Part shown: positions 9,225 through 20,909 of the stretch, piece by piece | Numbering within the stretch: position 1 is the stretch's first letter | Layout of the letters: the number at the start of each line of letters is the position of its first letter | Origin: Burkholderiaceae bacterium | GTDB taxonomy: Bacteria; Patescibacteriota; Saccharimonadia; Saccharimonadales; AQU-01 | Direction: 5' to 3' | DNA length: 64,000 nt | Assembly (NCBI GenBank): GCA_043788365.1 | Contig: JAYVTZ010000002.1 | Coordinates: 124,032-188,031, forward strand | Translations under genes and position numbers: made by a program | Notes under the pieces: generated by a model | Told to the model about the DNA's origin: nothing | The model's database searches: none | Seen by the model: only the letters and a program-made list of their open reading frames with translations

Positions 9225-10682
9225 GTGAAAAGCAATTCCTCAATCACCTATAACCTGTTTTTGATGATTGGCGACTTCTTGGCGCTCATCGCTGCTTTTG
9301 TCGGTGCTTACATTCTTCGTGTTACTCTTGATGCCAGACCATTAATTGAAGCGATTCCGGCTCGTACCTACTTGGGAGTATTTTTAGCCCTGCTGCCGTT
9401 CTGGCTGATAATTTTCGCCTTATTGGGGTTATATAACAGCAACATCTATGAAAAACGCTTTAGCGAAGTTGGACGACTAGCAATCGGCTCGTTTATGGGC
9501 CTGTTGTTTGTGGTGTTCTGGAACTTTATAGCCGCCAAACCTATTTTCCCAGCCCGGCTCGTACCATTTTACGGATCTGCCCTTGCCTTTATATTTCTAG
9601 TATTATTCCGCAACCTAGCCCGAATCCTAAAAAGAATCTTGTTTAGCTACGGTATTGGTCTTACGAATGTACTAATAGTCGGTAATACCGTACTTACTAA
9701 TGAGCTAGTCGATTCACTAATTGACAGTAGGCACTCCGGCTACCGAGTTATTGGCGTCGTTGGCCGTGAAAACTCAAGCCTAGAAAAACACTCTAGCCTG
9801 ATAATTTATAAAAGCTTTAATGATGCAGTCGATGGACTGGGTGCAGAATCAATTCATAGCATAGTCCAGACCGAACTCTACGCCGACGAACTAAAGAACC
9901 AAGAGATTCTTGGGTTTGCACAGTCTCATCATGCTGGCTATCGCTTTACGCCTGGCAATTCTGAATTATTTGTCGGCAAACTCGATGTTGAACTTTTCCG
10001 CTCGTCTATTCCTGTTATTGCTGTTCATCAAACTGCACTTTTTGGTTGGGGTCGAGTTGTGAAACGTTTATTTGACCTGTTTGCAGCATCGATAATATTG
10101 GTCATCGCGTCGCCAATAATGCTATTAATCTCTGTTGCTATCAAGCTAAGTGACGGCGGCCCAGTTTTTTTACGTCAAACCAGGCTGACTCGTTTTAACC
10201 GAGAGTTTAAAGTCTTTAAATTCCGCTCGCATAACCAGACCTATAACAACATGACACCCGATGAGGCTTTTGAAAAGATGAAAAGGCCAGATCTTTTAAA
10301 AGCATTTAGGCAAAATGGTAACTACCTGCTTAAAGATCCTCGGGAGACAAAGATTGGCCACTTTATCCGTGTTACGAGCTTGGATGAACTACCTCAATTA
10401 TTTAATGTAATCACCGGCGACCTCAGTCTTGTTGGCCCACGCGCATTAATTCCAAAAGACCTAGCCGAATATCAAAAGCGGCACACGATTTTAAGCGTTA
10501 AGTCTGGGATAACTGGTTTGGCGCAAGTTTCTGGTCGCAATAATATTCCGGTTGATGAGCGTCGCAAACTCGATATTTACTACGCCCAAAACTGGAGTTT
10601 CTGGCTCGATATTGTTATTTTACTCAAGACCGCTAAGGCAGTGATGGTACATGAAAACGAGGACAAAAGTACTCTGGCATGA
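9225..10682 (+). CDS. Polyprenyl-phosphate glycosyl-1-phosphate transferase (WbaP/exopolysaccharide priming sugar transferase)
   Basis: N-terminal transmembrane block, then a C-terminal bacterial sugar-transferase domain (LDELPQLFNVITGDLSLVGPR, ILLKTAKAV). Confidence 0.85.
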   Translation: MKSNSSITYNLFLMIGDFLALIAAFVGAYILRVTLDARPLIEAIPARTYLGVFLALLPFWLIIFALLGLYNSNIYEKRFSEVGRLAIGSFMGLLFVVFWNFIAAKPIFPARLVPFYGSALAFIFLVLFRNLARILKRILFSYGIGLTNVLIVGNTVLTNELVDSLIDSRHSGYRVIGVVGRENSSLEKHSSLIIYKSFNDAVDGLGAESIHSIVQTELYADELKNQEILGFAQSHHAGYRFTPGNSELFVGKLDVELFRSSIPVIAVHQTALFGWGRVVKRLFDLFAASIILVIASPIMLLISVAIKLSDGGPVFLRQTRLTRFNREFKVFKFRSHNQTYNNMTPDEAFEKMKRPDLLKAFRQNGNYLLKDPRETKIGHFIRVTSLDELPQLFNVITGDLSLVGPRALIPKDLAEYQKRHTILSVKSGITGLAQVSGRNNIPVDERRKLDIYYAQNWSFWLDIVILLKTAKAVMVHENEDKSTLA

Positions 10683-11797
10683 GTAAAATAGATTTATCAA
10701 ATTTTAAAGTTGCGATTGTTCACGACTGGTTGATTGGCGGTGGCGCTGAAAAGGTGGTGCTAGAACTTCATCATATGTTCCCCGAGGCGCCGATTTACTC
10801 GTCTTATGCTACAAAAGAATGGCGCCAAAAGCTCGATAATAAAGTTATTACTGGTTACTTGGGCCGTAGGCCGTTTTCGAAAATCAGAAAATTTGTGCCA
10901 TACCTTCGAGCCGGCTGGTTTAGCAGCCTAAAGCTTGATGATTATGATTTAGTAATAAGTAGCTCTGGCGCCGAAGCTAAGGGCATAAAAACTAGTGCCA
11001 AAACCGTTCACATTAACTATTGCCACGCCCCAACTCATTATTATTGGAGTCGTTATGATGATTATCTGATTAATCCTGGCTTTGGTAGGCTTGACCCGCT
11101 GGCCAAGATTGGCCTAAAGGCTCTCGTCGCTCCAATGCGCAGGTGGGACTACAAAGCCGCCCAACGACCAGATTTTATGATTGCTAACTCTGAGCACACC
11201 AAAGAACAGATCAAGAAGTACTATGGGCGCGATGCGATTGTAGTCCATCCACCGGTAGATATTGAAAGATTTATAACTAAAAAAACTAAGCGACGGTCTG
11301 GCTTCGTAATCGCTGCCCGCCAGACCCCATATAAACGCGTCGATTTAGCAATCATGGCCTGCACCGAACTTGGCTACCCACTAAAAGTTATCGGTAATGG
11401 GCCCTATCACGATAAGCTAATATCTATAGCCGGGTCATCAATTGAATTTTTGACTAATGTTTCGGACGAAGACATGGTCACTCATTTCCAGTCTGCCGAA
11501 GGCTTTATCTTCCCTGGCACAGACGACTTTGGCATCACACCAGTTGAAGCCATGGCTGCCGGTACGCCTGTGATTGCTTACATGGCTGGTGGCGCTCTCG
11601 ATTATGTGATTAAGGGCAAGACTGGGCTATTTTTTGGAAGTCAAACGATTGCCAGCCTAGCTAATACCTTGAAAGATTTTGTTAGTCTAAAGTGGGACTC
11701 AAAACTAATATCTAAATCATCCGAGGCCTTTAGCCCTGAAAATTTCCAGGCTGAGATGTCGGCCACTATCATAAAGTTTATGCAGGAAAAGAAATAA
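10679..11797 (+). CDS. Glycosyltransferase family 4
   Basis: EGFGITPVEAMAAGTPVIA matches the GT4 EX7E region. Start overlaps the previous gene by 4 nt. Confidence 0.8.
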   Translation: MSKIDLSNFKVAIVHDWLIGGGAEKVVLELHHMFPEAPIYSSYATKEWRQKLDNKVITGYLGRRPFSKIRKFVPYLRAGWFSSLKLDDYDLVISSSGAEAKGIKTSAKTVHINYCHAPTHYYWSRYDDYLINPGFGRLDPLAKIGLKALVAPMRRWDYKAAQRPDFMIANSEHTKEQIKKYYGRDAIVVHPPVDIERFITKKTKRRSGFVIAARQTPYKRVDLAIMACTELGYPLKVIGNGPYHDKLISIAGSSIEFLTNVSDEDMVTHFQSAEGFIFPGTDDFGITPVEAMAAGTPVIAYMAGGALDYVIKGKTGLFFGSQTIASLANTLKDFVSLKWDSKLISKSSEAFSPENFQAEMSATIIKFMQEKK

Positions 11798-12807
11798 TGC
11801 CACAGAAGATATTAGTTACGGGTGGCGCCGGATTTATTGGTTCACATACGATTGTCGCTTTACACGAAGCAGGCTATTTGCCGGTAGTAATTGACGATTT
11901 TTCGAACAGTAAACCATCTGTAATTGAACGGCTTAAGGAGCTAACTACGCCTGAATTAGAATCTTACGAAGGCGACATAACTAATAAGCAATTTTTGAGT
12001 AAAATTATACGGAGCGTTAAGCCTGAAGCAGTAATCCATTTTGCAGCCAAAAAGGCCGTAGGCGAATCGGTCGCTAAGCCGCTAGAATATTATCGTTCCA
12101 ATGTTGATGGACTTCTAACCGTTTTAGAGTGCATGAACGAAAACGACATAAATAATGTCGTCTTCTCATCGTCGTGCACAGTCTATGGCGAGCCTGATGA
12201 ATGCCCGGTTACCGAACTTACTCCTCAGAAGCCCGCCACCAGCCCATATGGTGCTACCAAGCAGATGTGTGAACGCATCCTTGAGGATACGGCCGTATCA
12301 AACAAGCTCCATGTCGTGTCGCTTAGATATTTCAATCCAGTCGGTGCTCACCCTAGCGCCAAAATTGGTGAACTACCAATCGGCGATCCGAGTAATCTTG
12401 TACCCTTCCTAACTCAGTCAGTCGCAGGATTACGCGGCCCGTTAACTGTCTTTGGTGATGACTACGACACCCCTGACGGCACATGTATCAGAGACTTCAT
12501 CCACGTCATGGATTTAGCCGAGGCCCACGTTGCCGCACTTAAATTTGCTGACTCTAATGACGGGTTTAATACTTTCAATATTGGTTCCGGCAAGGGTAAT
12601 AGTGTCTTAGAGCTAATTAATAGTTTCGAAAAAGTGACAGGTCAAAAAGTTGAGTATAATGTTGGCCCACGCCGCCCTGGTGACGTAATTAAAATCTGGG
12701 CGAACGCCAGCAAGGCCAAGACTGACCTAGGTTGGCAATCCAAAAGAAGTCTAGACGACTCAATGCGCGATGCTTGGCACTGGCAAGAGTCACTCGCAAA
12801 ACAATAA
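11797..12807 (+). CDS. galE: UDP-glucose 4-epimerase
   Basis: [15 protein letters not shown] Rossmann N-terminus, an SSS...YG..K catalytic region, about 336 aa. Confidence 0.8.
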   Translation: MPQKILVTGGAGFIGSHTIVALHEAGYLPVVIDDFSNSKPSVIERLKELTTPELESYEGDITNKQFLSKIIRSVKPEAVIHFAAKKAVGESVAKPLEYYRSNVDGLLTVLECMNENDINNVVFSSSCTVYGEPDECPVTELTPQKPATSPYGATKQMCERILEDTAVSNKLHVVSLRYFNPVGAHPSAKIGELPIGDPSNLVPFLTQSVAGLRGPLTVFGDDYDTPDGTCIRDFIHVMDLAEAHVAALKFADSNDGFNTFNIGSGKGNSVLELINSFEKVTGQKVEYNVGPRRPGDVIKIWANASKAKTDLGWQSKRSLDDSMRDAWHWQESLAKQ

Positions 12808-12808
12808 T

Positions 12809-14572
12809 TCAGTGGGCAAACTTTTTAACAAGTTCGATTGTAGCTTCAGCTAGAGCCTTGGCTTTTGTATCGCCTGATGATTTAACTTGCCCTAAATCAC
12901 CATCAAAGTCATGATGAATTTGCGTATAAACTTTTATTTTGGGCTCGGTGCCAGACGGCCGTATTGTGACGCGGTCACGACCATCCTCAGAAAACTCGAA
13001 TCTTAAAACATCCTCAACTTTGCCTTCGATCTCTTCACCAAGCAAATAATCACGAGTCTTTATTACTTGCTGATTGCCAATCATTGTTGGCGGATCTTTG
13101 CGTAAACTATCCATACAAGTCTTCATGGCATGAAAACCACTTGCACCCGTGTAAGTTATAGACTCAAGTTGCTCTTTGTAATATCCGTGTTTTTCATAAA
13201 GCTCATTAAGCCTTGTTATCAAAGTTTTGTTTTCGTTTTTCATTTTGCTCGCGAGTTCTGCGGCTAATAATGAAGCCCCGGCAGCATCTTTGTCGCGACA
13301 ATATGAGCCTACCAATGCACCATAGCTTTCCTCGCCACCGAATAAAAATTTCTCATCGCTTTTGTCGCAATAAATATGTATCAGTTCACCAATATATTTA
13401 AAGCCGACCAGTAGATTACCGCGCACGTTCACGCCATAATCTCGAGCGACATCGTATAACATATCGGTCGTAACAATAGTTTTAGCAATGAAGTCTTTAG
13501 GGCTAATTTTGCCTTGGTCGTGTTGAGAGCCGAGTAGGTAATCACAAAGTAGTACTGCCATCTGATTGCCGGTCAACTGTACTACTTGGCCATTTTCGAC
13601 TACAAGCACAGCAAGTCTGTCTGCATCTGGATCATTAGTAATGGCAATGTCACAATCATCACTTAGTGCAAGCTGGCTGACTTTGTCGTTTGCAATTAGT
13701 AGCTCAGGGTTAGGAATATTGTTTGTAACATTAGTAAAATTACCATCGTAGTTACTTTGTTCTTCAAGCAACGAAACCTCAAACCCGGCCCGCCTTAGAG
13801 TCGGTAACACACTACTCATACCTGCACCGTGAAGTGGCGAGTAGGCAATTTTTGCCGATCTAAAATCCGCACTTTGTGATTGTCCAAGCACGGCTGCAAA
13901 GTAAGCTTCATCTTCCTTATCACCAATCAAAACAATTTTGCCACTAGCAACAGCTTTATCATAATCTGTTTGTAGTATTCTGTTGGTTGATTCACATCTA
14001 AGTAGGAGTTCGTAATCGTGGGGCGCAACAACCTGTCCGCCATCACCCCAATAAATCTTTATGCCATTGTCACTGCTTGGATTATGGCTAGCGCTAATTA
14101 CTACACCTGCCAAAGTGCCTAGCTGACGCACCATAAATGATAATTCAGGAGTTGATCGAACATCATCAAACAGATAGGTTCGAAGGCCATTAGCGGCAAA
14201 CACTGTAGCTACATATCTACTCAGCTCAACTGAGGTATTACGACTGTCATATGCTATAACTACCCCCTTATCCAACTCACTACCATGTAGTTCTTCGGCA
14301 TAGTCTGATAGTGCTTGCGCCGCTTCACCGATCGTTACTTTGTTGACTCGATTACTGCCCACTCCAAATGTTCCTCGTCTACCACCTGTGCCAAACGGCA
14401 AAACCCGAAAGAAATTATCTTCAAGAACTTTCCATTCTTTGGCGGCAACCAAAGTTTCGATTTCTTTATGGTATTCTGAGAATTTATCGCCACTCAACCA
14501 CTCGATTATGTGCTGTTTAGCGTCACTCGATAATTCACTAACCGAATTAACCTGTTCAATAAGTCTTTCCAT
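12809..14572 (-). CDS. Phosphomannomutase/phosphoglucomutase (alpha-D-phosphohexomutase)
   Basis: SASHNPSSDNGIKIY active-site serine loop. 587 aa. Confidence 0.8.
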   Translation of the reverse strand: MERLIEQVNSVSELSSDAKQHIIEWLSGDKFSEYHKEIETLVAAKEWKVLEDNFFRVLPFGTGGRRGTFGVGSNRVNKVTIGEAAQALSDYAEELHGSELDKGVVIAYDSRNTSVELSRYVATVFAANGLRTYLFDDVRSTPELSFMVRQLGTLAGVVISASHNPSSDNGIKIYWGDGGQVVAPHDYELLLRCESTNRILQTDYDKAVASGKIVLIGDKEDEAYFAAVLGQSQSADFRSAKIAYSPLHGAGMSSVLPTLRRAGFEVSLLEEQSNYDGNFTNVTNNIPNPELLIANDKVSQLALSDDCDIAITNDPDADRLAVLVVENGQVVQLTGNQMAVLLCDYLLGSQHDQGKISPKDFIAKTIVTTDMLYDVARDYGVNVRGNLLVGFKYIGELIHIYCDKSDEKFLFGGEESYGALVGSYCRDKDAAGASLLAAELASKMKNENKTLITRLNELYEKHGYYKEQLESITYTGASGFHAMKTCMDSLRKDPPTMIGNQQVIKTRDYLLGEEIEGKVEDVLRFEFSEDGRDRVTIRPSGTEPKIKVYTQIHHDFDGDLGQVKSSGDTKAKALAEATIELVKKFAH

Positions 14573-14604
14573 ACTATCGATTATACCAATCGTTTACTAT
14601 TAAA

Positions 14605-15645
14605 TTATTTTTTGGCCAGAAAACGCTTGCTTACGTCACCAACTTTTTGAGAATGACTTTTATTGGTGACTAAAATACCATTTTTGGTAACAATGACCGC
14701 TACATTATCAAGACCAATTACGGCTACTGGTGTGGTCGTTTCATTACGAACTAAGCTATTTGTGACGCTTTCTGACTCAATGAATTCACCATGCAGGGTA
14801 TTACCCTGCTCATCCTGAATATTTACGGCGTGAACATCGGGATATGAGCCAACATCCATCCAGTCAAAACTGCCTGGCATGACTAACAGATCTTTAACTC
14901 TTTCAATTAGTGCGGTATCAATTGGCTCACTTTTAAACGATAGATAACGTTTATCATGTTCGGCCGTGTTTTTGGCCTCACGCAATTTCTTATAGTTCTT
15001 TTTAAGAGTTGATGAGTACTTATTTATTGCTTCCTCAAAAACTGACATTGGCGCTACAAAGTAACCCATATTCCATAGGTACCTGCCGCTATCAAAATAT
15101 TTCTGAGCGGTTTTACGGTCTGGTTTTTCTTTAAAACTTAGGACTTTATAGATAGGTCGCCCGCCGTTGGCGTTTTCACCTCTTTCTATATAACCAAATC
15201 CAGTAGCTGGGTTGGTTGGCTCAAGACCCAGTAAAACTATCCTAGATTTTTCAGCTGACATAGCAGCTGCTCGTTTAACGGTATCTACAAAACCATTAGT
15301 GTCACGAATGTGGTGATCGGCGTGCATGAAAATAATCGGCTCGTCAGAATTACTATGTTTTCGTATTCGTGCTAAAGCTGCAATTACGCACGATGCCGTA
15401 CCGCGACGGCCAGGCTCGATAACTAGGTGATTTTCTTTTAGCTCTGGTAATTGCTCTATGACGTGATCAATGTGTGAACCTTCAGAGATGACATAAACCT
15501 CATTCGTCAGCCTTTTGGCTCGATCATAGGTATTTTGGAGTAAACTTTTTTCGTTGGTTAATCTAAGCAGGTGTTTTGGGTATTCAGGTGTCGACATTGG
15601 CCATAGCCTTGACCCCGACCCCCCGGCGATAATTACGATTGTCAT
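14605..15645 (-). CDS. manC: Mannose-1-phosphate guanylyltransferase
   Basis: IIAGGSGSRLWPMS nucleotidyltransferase N-terminus. 346 aa, with no C-terminal isomerase domain. Confidence 0.8.
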   Translation of the reverse strand: MTIVIIAGGSGSRLWPMSTPEYPKHLLRLTNEKSLLQNTYDRAKRLTNEVYVISEGSHIDHVIEQLPELKENHLVIEPGRRGTASCVIAALARIRKHSNSDEPIIFMHADHHIRDTNGFVDTVKRAAAMSAEKSRIVLLGLEPTNPATGFGYIERGENANGGRPIYKVLSFKEKPDRKTAQKYFDSGRYLWNMGYFVAPMSVFEEAINKYSSTLKKNYKKLREAKNTAEHDKRYLSFKSEPIDTALIERVKDLLVMPGSFDWMDVGSYPDVHAVNIQDEQGNTLHGEFIESESVTNSLVRNETTTPVAVIGLDNVAVIVTKNGILVTNKSHSQKVGDVSKRFLAKK

Positions 15646-15688
15646 GGCTATATAATACCAGTTTTATGGCCGATAACAGCCGTCTTAG

Positions 15689-16746
<1,058 letters not shown>

Positions 16747-16747
<1 letters not shown>

Positions 16748-17316
16748 TGGCAGTACCAACTACCGAGTTCACAGCCCATCAAACTGAAATCCCCGGTCTA
16801 TTATGGTTTGACGTAACGAGCATTGGCGACGACCGTGGCTGGTATCAAGAAAATTTTCAAAAGGCCAAACTTGTTGCCGCAGGACTGCCAGAAAAGTTTA
16901 ATATTATCCAAAATAACTTTTCATATAACAAGTTAAAAGGGGTAACTAGAGGATTCCACGCTGAGCCGTGGGATAAATATATAACCGTTATTAAGGGTAG
17001 TGTTTTTGTCGCCTATGTTGATCTACGAAAAGGCGACTCTTTTGGAAAAGCCTTCACTCTCGAAATAACTCCCAATAAAGCAGTTTATTTGCCGCGCGGT
17101 GTCGCTAATTCATTTCAAACTCTAGAAGACGATACTTATTATGTCTATGCGGTTAACGACCACTGGTCAGCCGATAAATATGATGAGTACTTATTTGTGA
17201 ATCTGGCCGACCCAGCTATCGGTATTAAATGGCCAATAGAACTGAGCAAAGCCACTCTGTCCGAACGTGATAAAAACCACCCTATGCTCAAAGATATTAA
17301 ACAAATGGAGGTCTAA
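16747..17316 (+). CDS. rfbC: dTDP-4-dehydrorhamnose 3,5-epimerase
   Basis: 189-aa cupin with RfbC-like motifs (RGFHAEPW, YVYAV). Confidence 0.85.
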
Positions 17317-18166
17317 GTTGGACGACTCAAAAATGTTTATCGTTGGAGCTAACGGTCAACTCGGTACTGCCTTAAGGATAAAATACCCCAAGGCTCGCTG
17401 GGCCGACATCGATGAGCTCGACATTACTAACGAAGACTCAATTAGTAATTTTAACTGGTCGGGTATCGAAGTACTCTTAAATGCCGCCGCCTATACCAAC
17501 GTTGATGGCGCCGAGACCAATGAGGGCCGAGCTATTGCTTGGAAAGTTAATGCCACGGCTGTCTCGTCACTCTGCAAAGTTGCCGAGAAAAATAACATGA
17601 CGGTTGTGCACATATCAAGCGACTACGTTTTTGATGGAACCAAATTACCACACACAGAAAACGAAGATTTTAGCCCGTTGTCGGTTTACGGTGCCAGCAA
17701 AGCCGCCGGTGACCTATGCATTTTGCAGACGCCTAAGCATTACTTACTAAGAACGTCATGGGTAATCGGTGAGGGTAAAAACTTTGTCAGAACCATGCTA
17801 GACCTCGCGTCTAGAGGCATTAATCCAGCCGTGGTGTCTGATCAAATTGGAAGGCTAACCTTCACTTCTACTCTTGTATCTGCAATAGACCATCTACTAG
17901 CCTCAAAAGCCGAATACGGTACCTACAATGTCAGTAACGATGGCGAATCGGCATCGTGGTCAAACATAACTCGTAAAATATATGGAATTGCCGGGCTCAA
18001 AAACACCGTGTCAGATGTCAGCACTGCAGATTATTATCAGGGTAAGGAAAACATCGCACCAAGGCCTCTGCAAAGCACACTTGATTTGACTAAAATTAAG
18101 TCAACTGGCCTTACCTTAAACAACTGGCAAGATGACCTAAAAGCTTACATTGATTCCAGCAAGTGA
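17267..18166 (+). CDS. rfbD: dTDP-4-dehydrorhamnose reductase
   Basis: FIVGANGQLG Rossmann motif and YGASKAAGD catalytic motif. The true start is probably the TTG at 17318 or the ATG at 17330, downstream of a GGAGG site. Confidence 0.8.
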   Translation: MIKTTLCSKILNKWRSKLDDSKMFIVGANGQLGTALRIKYPKARWADIDELDITNEDSISNFNWSGIEVLLNAAAYTNVDGAETNEGRAIAWKVNATAVSSLCKVAEKNNMTVVHISSDYVFDGTKLPHTENEDFSPLSVYGASKAAGDLCILQTPKHYLLRTSWVIGEGKNFVRTMLDLASRGINPAVVSDQIGRLTFTSTLVSAIDHLLASKAEYGTYNVSNDGESASWSNITRKIYGIAGLKNTVSDVSTADYYQGKENIAPRPLQSTLDLTKIKSTGLTLNNWQDDLKAYIDSSK

Positions 18167-18663
18167 CCAGCTTTTACTAATAAATCCCTCATGCCTGGCC
18201 AACCGCAATCTGCCTCATCAGGAAGCTCATCAGCAGTAAAGTATCGCAAACTTGCGACGTCGTCTGACGGCTTCATGCTTGAATCGTTGATAATTTCTAG
18301 CATAAAGTAAACACTCGTCACTGGTACACTACCACCCTCCCAAGCATAGTCATTATAGACAGACCCTACATAACTAAGCTCGCCTAAATCAGTCTTGTCT
18401 AGATTTGCCTCTTCCTTGATTTCTCGGTAGCCAGCCTCTTCAAAATTCTCACCAACATCGACAAAACCACCTAAACAATCATACTTGCCAATTTCTGGCT
18501 CGTAAGCACGTGTACTTAAAAGTAGTTCTTTTGTGGACTTTTTGTATAGAACAATTGCAACAGTTGCTCTAGGATTTAGATAGCTCGTCCTCCCGCAAAC
18601 ACTACAAGTATTCTTGTTCCCGACGGTAGTAACTGGCTGACCACAAAATTCACAATATCGCAT
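18145..18663 (-). CDS. NUDIX hydrolase with an N-terminal zinc ribbon (NudC-like)
   Basis: CEFCGQPV...CSVCGRTSYLNPR zinc ribbon, then a Nudix box GGFVDVGENFEEAGYREIKEEANL. Confidence 0.65.
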   Translation of the reverse strand: MRYCEFCGQPVTTVGNKNTCSVCGRTSYLNPRATVAIVLYKKSTKELLLSTRAYEPEIGKYDCLGGFVDVGENFEEAGYREIKEEANLDKTDLGELSYVGSVYNDYAWEGGSVPVTSVYFMLEIINDSSMKPSDDVASLRYFTADELPDEADCGWPGMRDLLVKAGHLLESM

Positions 18664-18730
18664 ATAACTATTCTACACTGCCTAATTTACTAGTTTGTTG
18701 ATAAAATTAGAATAGTAAAAGAGGATTCTC

Positions 18731-19591
18731 ATGAAAGGTATTATTTTAGCCGGTGGTTCGGGTACACGACTTTATCCAATAACAATCTCGATCAGTAAGC
18801 AACTGATGCCAATTTACGATAAACCGATGATTTATTACCCACTGACGACTTTAATCAGTGCTGGTATAAATGAGATATTGATTATATCTACACCGCAGGA
18901 TTTGCCACGCTTTGAGCAACTCTTGGGTGATGGCCAACAAATTGGCTGTAAATTTAGTTATGTAGTGCAGGAAAAGCCTAGGGGCCTAGCCGATGCGTTC
19001 ATTGTCGGGGCTGATTTTATCGGCAGTGATTCGGTTGCAATGATTCTTGGCGACAACATATTCTATGGTTCCGACTTCGATAGGAAAACCCTGAAATCGG
19101 TAAAAGAGCTTGATGGTGGCATAATTTTCGGCCAACAGGTAGCAGACCCAGAGCGCTATGGTATTGTTGAGTTCGACAAAGACATGAATGTCGTATCAAT
19201 TGAAGAAAAGCCTCTAAATCCCAAATCAAATTATGCAATCCCAGGCCTATATTTCTTCGATAACAATGTTGTGGAGTACGCTAAATCTGCGATACCAAGT
19301 GCCCGTGGTGAAATCGAAATTACTGAAGTCCAGAACTCATATCTCCGCGCCGGTAAATTAAAAGTCGAACTACTTGATCGTGGAACAGCCTGGCTCGACA
19401 CTGGTACTTTCGCAAGCATGAATCAGGCATCACAGTTTGTCCAAGTTATCGAAGAGAGACAAGGTATAAAAATTGGCTGTATCGAAGAGGCCGCCCTGCG
19501 ACAAGGCTTTATTGGCAAAGAACAACTCAAGGTTCTAACTGAACCATTACTTAAAAGCGGCTATGGCAAATACCTACAAAGCTTGTTATAG
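18731..19591 (+). CDS. rfbA: Glucose-1-phosphate thymidylyltransferase
   Basis: MKGIILAGGSGTRLYPIT and overall RmlA-like sequence. 286 aa. Confidence 0.9.
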   Translation: MKGIILAGGSGTRLYPITISISKQLMPIYDKPMIYYPLTTLISAGINEILIISTPQDLPRFEQLLGDGQQIGCKFSYVVQEKPRGLADAFIVGADFIGSDSVAMILGDNIFYGSDFDRKTLKSVKELDGGIIFGQQVADPERYGIVEFDKDMNVVSIEEKPLNPKSNYAIPGLYFFDNNVVEYAKSAIPSARGEIEITEVQNSYLRAGKLKVELLDRGTAWLDTGTFASMNQASQFVQVIEERQGIKIGCIEEAALRQGFIGKEQLKVLTEPLLKSGYGKYLQSLL

Positions 19592-19678
19592 GTTTGCTTT
19601 GTTACTACCTAACCTAGATCATAAGACATCAATCCTAGCCAAATAATTCCACCAAAGATATCAGAGGGAACAATCATT

Positions 19679-20095
19679 ATGCTTGTCACAAACTCAATAA
19701 AATCTAGACTCAGACGACACAAAGAATTTAGATACCTAGTAGCAGGAGGATTAAGTGAAGTAATCGAGTACACCAGTTTCATACTGATCTATTCTATTTA
19801 TCGACACTTGTATTTTGCCAACACGCTTAGCTTTATATTTGGCGTCGCCAGCGGATTTCTTTTACATAAACTATGGACCTTCCCGGGTGAACATAGGTTC
19901 AAAACACGTGAACAGTTTATTGGTTACTGTACGCTCGCACTAATTAATTTTTTCATAATTACCGCTACAATCGGCTACCTAGTTAACTCAGTTTCAGTGC
20001 CCGCATATATTGCTAAGTTCCTAGCGATTGCGATTGCTGCAGTATGGAGCTACTTTTTTGCAAATCGTGTATTCTTCAAAACAAACAATAAGTAA
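19679..20095 (+). CDS. GtrA-family membrane protein
   Basis: 138 aa, four transmembrane helices, HKLWTFPG and VWSYFFANRVFF motifs. Confidence 0.7.
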   Translation: MLVTNSIKSRLRRHKEFRYLVAGGLSEVIEYTSFILIYSIYRHLYFANTLSFIFGVASGFLLHKLWTFPGEHRFKTREQFIGYCTLALINFFIITATIGYLVNSVSVPAYIAKFLAIAIAAVWSYFFANRVFFKTNNK

Positions 20096-20096
20096 C

Positions 20097-20909
20097 TCAA
20101 TAGGTCTTAAGTGCAAACCGGACGGCCCGATCAACTCTGCCTAGATTAGCGCCAATCTGGCCTGGCTTCATTTCTATAGACACGAAGCCTTCATAGCCCA
20201 CCGATTTCAGTGCTTTCGCAGCGGCAACATGATTCACGTCGGATAGCTCATCAACCTGTTCAAGATATGGCGAGCTGATATGAAAATGCTTGAGTAAGTT
20301 TCGTGAGTTATTTATAGAGCCAGCTATATCATCACCAGCTAGTGTCATGCCGGCTATATCAAGATGGAGCCCAAATCCTGGATTTGATAACGATCGAACT
20401 AGCTCAAGGCCTGATGCTGCATCAGTAATAAAGTCACAGCCATATTGAACGGGGTTAGGTTCTATACAAAAACTAACTCCCTTCTCTGCTGCCGTATTGC
20501 CTATTTCTTGAAAAAACTCAACTGCAATCTTTGTCGCATCATCTATTGATAGTAAATGTATTTGGCGATTTTTGGGTGACCCAAATACCATGCGTTTCGC
20601 GCCCATATCGGCAGCTAAGCCAATAAAATCTTGCAGGTACTTGAGCGTCTCTTGTCTATTTTGCTCTGATTCAAAAATTTTCAAATCTGGACGCGTAAAT
20701 AGCATTGACTGAAACGCGACGATTTCAATATCATAGTTTTTCCAAAATTTTATATATTTACCTATATCAGCAGCGCTTGCTTTGGTCGGATCCTGCCAAA
20801 TTTTGGTAGGCGCAATCTCAATATACCTAACACCTAATTCCATTAGTCTTTCTGCAACTTCAGCCTCCTCTTCATTTAACCAGGCAATGTTTGATACCGC
20901 TAGCTTCAT
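20097..20909 (-). CDS. Sugar phosphate isomerase/epimerase (xylose-isomerase-like TIM barrel)
   Basis: 270 aa. The pattern of acidic and His residues (IEMKPG, HLDIAGM) is typical of AP-endonuclease-2/XylA-like TIM barrels. Confidence 0.6.
   Translation of the reverse strand: MKLAVSNIAWLNEEEAEVAERLMELGVRYIEIAPTKIWQDPTKASAADIGKYIKFWKNYDIEIVAFQSMLFTRPDLKIFESEQNRQETLKYLQDFIGLAADMGAKRMVFGSPKNRQIHLLSIDDATKIAVEFFQEIGNTAAEKGVSFCIEPNPVQYGCDFITDAASGLELVRSLSNPGFGLHLDIAGMTLAGDDIAGSINNSRNLLKHFHISSPYLEQVDELSDVNHVAAAKALKSVGYEGFVSIEMKPGQIGANLGRVDRAVRFALKTY

Noticed and set aside
17267-17330. A 50-nt overlap between rfbC and rfbD suggested a possible programmed frameshift or fusion
   Set aside because: A TTG at 17318 or an ATG at 17330 preceded by GGAGG gives a normal start just after the rfbC stop. 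The overlap is an artefact of taking the longest ORF.
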